DNA of 54,055 nucleotides, filler included, from Jimgerdemannia flammicorona (Eukaryota): NCBI GenBank assembly GCA_003990765.1. It is 3 parts of 3 records of this genome, joined end to end, with 100 filler letters (N's around TTAATTAATTAA, not from the genome) between each part and the next. Parts side by side here need not be neighbours in the genome. Positions count along the whole stretch, not along the records: positions 36,106 to 54,055 come from RBNJ01002352.1; 2 more parts are not named here. One strand, 5' to 3'. Shown piece by piece: positions 49,890 to 54,055 of this stretch (position 1 is its first letter; each line of letters starts with the position of its first letter). The notes under the pieces were generated by a model. It saw only the letters and a program-made list of their open reading frames with translations, ran no database searches and was not told where the DNA came from. The position numbers and the translations under genes were made by a program.

Positions 49890-51139
49890 ACATTAATCCA
49901 ATCTTGAAATCAATATATATAGAGGATATACTCCATATGAAATTGATCTTAATCTTAAGAAAATAGTATCTTTTAGAATATTTAGAACTTCCAGAAAACT
50001 CTTCCAAAACTATGTAAATAGTACTTTAACAAAGTATCCTCTTATAGAGAACTAGCTAAAGGAATCTTTATCAGAACATCAAATGATCTAAACTCTAATC
50101 TAAAATAAGTCATAGCTGATATATACTACTATATAAAACAGTATAAAGCTATCTCCCACTAGCTCATCAAAAAAATACAGGAATAGAAACTTGCCACAAA
50201 GCTTAGAAATCTATCATAGATATAAAGATGAATCTTAGAGAATTTCCACAACTATTCTTTATAAGAATTCAGAAGAGATTGTATGCTACCAGATTTAGTA
50301 CTACTAACTAAGATATTATTGATCTAATGATCTTTATAAATAGAATCTCTCTCAATATTACTCTATATCTGTACTCTTAGTATTAAGAAATCTAATGAAC
50401 AAGCAGATATAGTTCAAGAATACTTTGATATTAAGCAAGAACTACTTGAAATAATAATAAGATAGAAGACAAGAAAGACCCTTAGCCAAGGTCTTCTAAG
50501 AAATCCTCCAAGAGAACCTAAGAGAAAAGGAATCCATAAAAGAATAGAAGAAGGACAAGAATAAAATCTAATATCTCAGCTCTAAACTAGACTAATTGGT
50601 TGAACAAATTAAAAACTCACCATATGCAAAAATCAGAGCTACCAATAAGACAACAAGAGTTATATATTATGAAGGAACTAAAATTACCTAATCAAAGACA
50701 ACAGGAGCTATTAGCTATAAGAAGAGAGAAGATACTTACTCTAAGACAGAGCTCAAGTTCAATACTTTCACTATAGATAGTTTGAATACTATACTACAGA
50801 ATAGAATAATATATGAAGTGACTGAAGGGACTCAGAACTACTAAATTGAAAGAGTGTAATCCAGTATTAGAAAACTGAAGCCCACTCTATAGAAAACTTT
50901 GAGAAAAGTGATAGTAAAGGCTATAATAATCTAAATCTATACCCAACTAAGGTCATTTTCAAGAAAATAATATACTCTGCTGAAAAAAGAAAAGGACTAG
51001 TAGAAAGACCATTCAGAAGAGTAGACAGAAGAACTATTCAGAAGAAAGATAAAGAAATAGAACAGAAAGAATAAGAGCTCACTACTCCAAAACTATGAAG
51101 AAGTATATCTCAAAGACTATACTCTGAGATATCTATAAT
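49890..51139 (+). pseudogene. Heavily decayed gag related to the dUTPase gypsy element
   Basis: 50400-51139 aligns with ~3870-4710, including the zinc-knuckle region. Confidence 0.8.
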
Positions 51140-54045
51140 ATCAGTCACTCATCTCCCAACCCCCCCACCAGCCTCCTCCAGAGGTTGTCCCACCTCCTTC
51201 TCACCACCAGCCCTAATGAGCAGACTCCCAACTATATCTCAACTTTCTTCCAAAATTCCCCCATCATCTCACACTCCTAGATACCCCCTTCTATCAAGTG
51301 GCTCATCCTGTAGTTCAGCATACCATTACACTATAAGACTCTCCACCATACTATTCAGAACTTGGAGGGGATCCACCTTACCATCTGCTTACCCTACTGC
51401 CAAATACTGTTTCAATCTCACCCCTCATTAATCCCCACCCCCTGCTATGTCTCAGGCTACAGATTGTACCCATGTTTCTAAAGGTACTCTATGCTATCCT
51501 CTAAGCTAAAATTCTCCACTTATATCCTACCCAGCAAAAGGCAGTCTCATCTCTATATCTGGGATATCCATTCCTCCTCCCCCTTCTCCTCTTGCCAACA
51601 AAGATCAATACAGTATACCCCATTAACCACTCCTCACCAGAATTCCTTAAACTGTATTCTCTGACTTCTCTCCAAGGCCACCAAAGAGAGAAGCCAGTCA
51701 TACCCCAGAGAGAGAATCAGGCCTCCCATATCCTCTATATGAGAGGAACCCACTCTCTGTCTCTCAACTCACTTGCTCACTTCAACCACCATGCTCTCAA
51801 ACAGTGAAGATACTTGGGAAAATCCACCAGACCCAGGTCTTCTCTCTCTACTGGCCAGGTCAATACCTTTCAACTGATCTGGCTCCACTGCCCTGCCCAT
51901 ATCCAGATCCTGGCCATCTTCAACAGCCACTTGACCACCTATGCTGAAAAGTCCAAGTAGTACTCTAGATACCACAGCTTAGGCTGCCAGTAGACATTCA
52001 TCACTGTAACCCTTCCTGCTAGAGAGATATAGCACCCTCCCCACTCCAAGAGAGTACTTCCTCAATCAGCCAACCTCTGCTCCCACTACTTATATAATAG
52101 CAAGAAACTATATAATATAAAATAAATTCCCAGATAGTGGACAGTCTTGCCCACTGAGATAATTATTCCAATCATATCCCCTCCCACTATCCCTTCTCTT
52201 AGCACCAAGGTCTCACACTTATACCAATTGAGTTTTGCACCTAAGCACCTCTCATATCACTCCACTGCATTCTTCAGTACCACAACATCCACCACTGACC
52301 CCAGCCTGACCACTATATCATCAGCAATAGCCCCCATTTTCCAATTAACCCCTAAAATGTCCAGGCCACTCACTTTTGCTATATTCTATCTACAAGCAGC
52401 TCCAGTAATAGTATATACAAAATTGGTGATAGTGAATCCCCCTGCAGTACCTCTCTGCCCAGAGGGAAAGAGACCTCTCTGTACCTATTCATCATAATGG
52501 CAGCCTGACTCTCTTCTAGCAGACTGACCAAGATCCTCCAGACCCCACTAGGAACTCCAATATACTGTAGCACTCTCTCCAATCATACTCAACAGACTCT
52601 ATCATAAATCTTCTTCTGGTCTAGAAAAACTAATCTGTCTACCTTTATAGTTTGAGTACCCTCAATGATACCATATATCTAGACAGTTCTATCTCTAATA
52701 AAGTATCCCCTACAAAGCCTCTCTGCTTGACTCCCAGGACTTACTGAGCCACTCTCTATAGTCTTGTTATCAGCATCTTTGTGACCAATATGATCCATAT
52801 CCAGAAGCATGATCTACCTCCAGTTCTTCCACTCCTCCCTCCTTCCCTTATCCTTAAACAGCAGAGTCACAAGCCCTAGTCTCTGCCCTCTAATATATGT
52901 CCCAGTACTTATCACTTCATTACACATCACTGTCAATTCCTCCAGAGCCAGCTCAACTTCTGCTATCTTTTTCCAGAAGTTCTATAGTAACTCATCCTCT
53001 CCCAGTATAGTTCCAGAACTTACCATCTGCAGAACTTGCCTAATATCCTCCCCCTAGACAGTAGTACTAATATCACCTAAGTCTACTATTAGATCAAGGT
53101 GCCATTCCTCTAAGTATCTATCAATGGTCAATATATCCTCCCCTCCATCCTCCTCACTCTACAGATATCTCCACCATCTACTCAACAGGTCCAGAATCTT
53201 AGGGGTTCCAACTACCAACTCCCCAGCCTCATCCAAGACCCCCTCTCATTACTGCCTAACTCTCTTTGTCTGTAGCATCTATGACAGAAGCTTAGAAGGC
53301 CACTCCCTCTCCTCCAATTCCTACCGTTACAGCCTGGCCACTATATCTCTAATCTGTACCTCCTCCTCCTGCTACAGGATACCCTTCAGCTCCTCTACCT
53401 CTAACTTGGTCCACTGTATGTACCAATCTCCTTCTTTCTCTCCATTCCCCAGATCTACCCAGGACATCAGCATCTTTTCTAGTCTCTAGAAGACTCACCT
53501 TATCCACTTCCTCCTGAGTACTCTGCATCCTTCCAGCTTTCCCCCAGTATCTTTGTACCTCAGATTTCAATTGAATCTAATACTCTTCAATCTCCAGGCC
53601 TGCTGCTCTCCAGTCAAGAATCCTAGAGCTAATATCTATCACCCATATCTCCCATAGAGTAGCCTGTCCTAATAAGGAGATATTCAGCTATCAATGTCCA
53701 GACCTCTCCCCCCTACCCCCAAAACACCCCTCTTCTAAAAGACTACAGTAGTCTGATCATGGACACCAAATAGTCTCCAGAGATCTCCAGATATTGATTC
53801 CCCAGCAATCTACAGTCAATATCTAATCAATTCTCAAGTCTAGTCTAATCACTCAGTAAGTGAAGACCCTTCAATCCCCTCATCCAAGCCTCTCTGCATC
53901 TATTAATAAACTCAGATATTTGATCTCTTTCCAGTCTTCAATACTCTGACTCCTTCTTATTATCTCCCTTTTCTCATCAGTTCTGTCTATCTTTCCATTA
54001 TATATCATGTTAAAGTCCCCCACTAGACAGTCAATTTTGGCCTCT
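51140..54045 (-). mobile_element. LINE ORF2 fragment (copy F), no poly(A) visible
   Basis: EVLQGDSLSPILY, IGAIADD and GAKLNW motifs on the minus strand. Confidence 0.85.
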
Positions 54046-54055
54046 TTTTTTTTTT

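Overview
Eukaryotic, probably fungal (inferred), repeat-dominated DNA. It consists of three apparently unrelated contigs (1-17953, 18054-36005, 36106-54055; 17,953/17,952/17,950 bp) joined by artificial 100-bp N/TTAATTAATTAA spacers. Contig 1 carries a lightly decayed Ty3/gypsy element with an unusual, retrovirus-like layout: 1.4-kb LTR, tRNA-Pro-like PBS, one long Gag-protease-Cys/His-dUTPase frame, an in-phase G_GGA_AAC -1 slippery site leading into RT-RNase H, and integrase in a third frame starting at an ATGA overlap. It is interrupted by three nested L1/Tx1-like LINEs. Contig 2 holds the 3' end of another gypsy family and a non-coding three-LTR tandem element. That element hosts a full LINE and an apparently endonuclease-less Penelope-like element with direct and fold-back inverted pseudo-LTRs. 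Contig 3 holds a full LINE inserted in a gypsy LTR, more decayed LINE/gypsy remnants, and one CpG-intact host gene encoding an ApoL/ClyA-like candidate pore-forming protein behind three tandem CCAAT boxes. Repeats show strong CpG loss plus CpA->TpA (RIP-like) decay. All calls come from reading motifs by eye; no searches were run.
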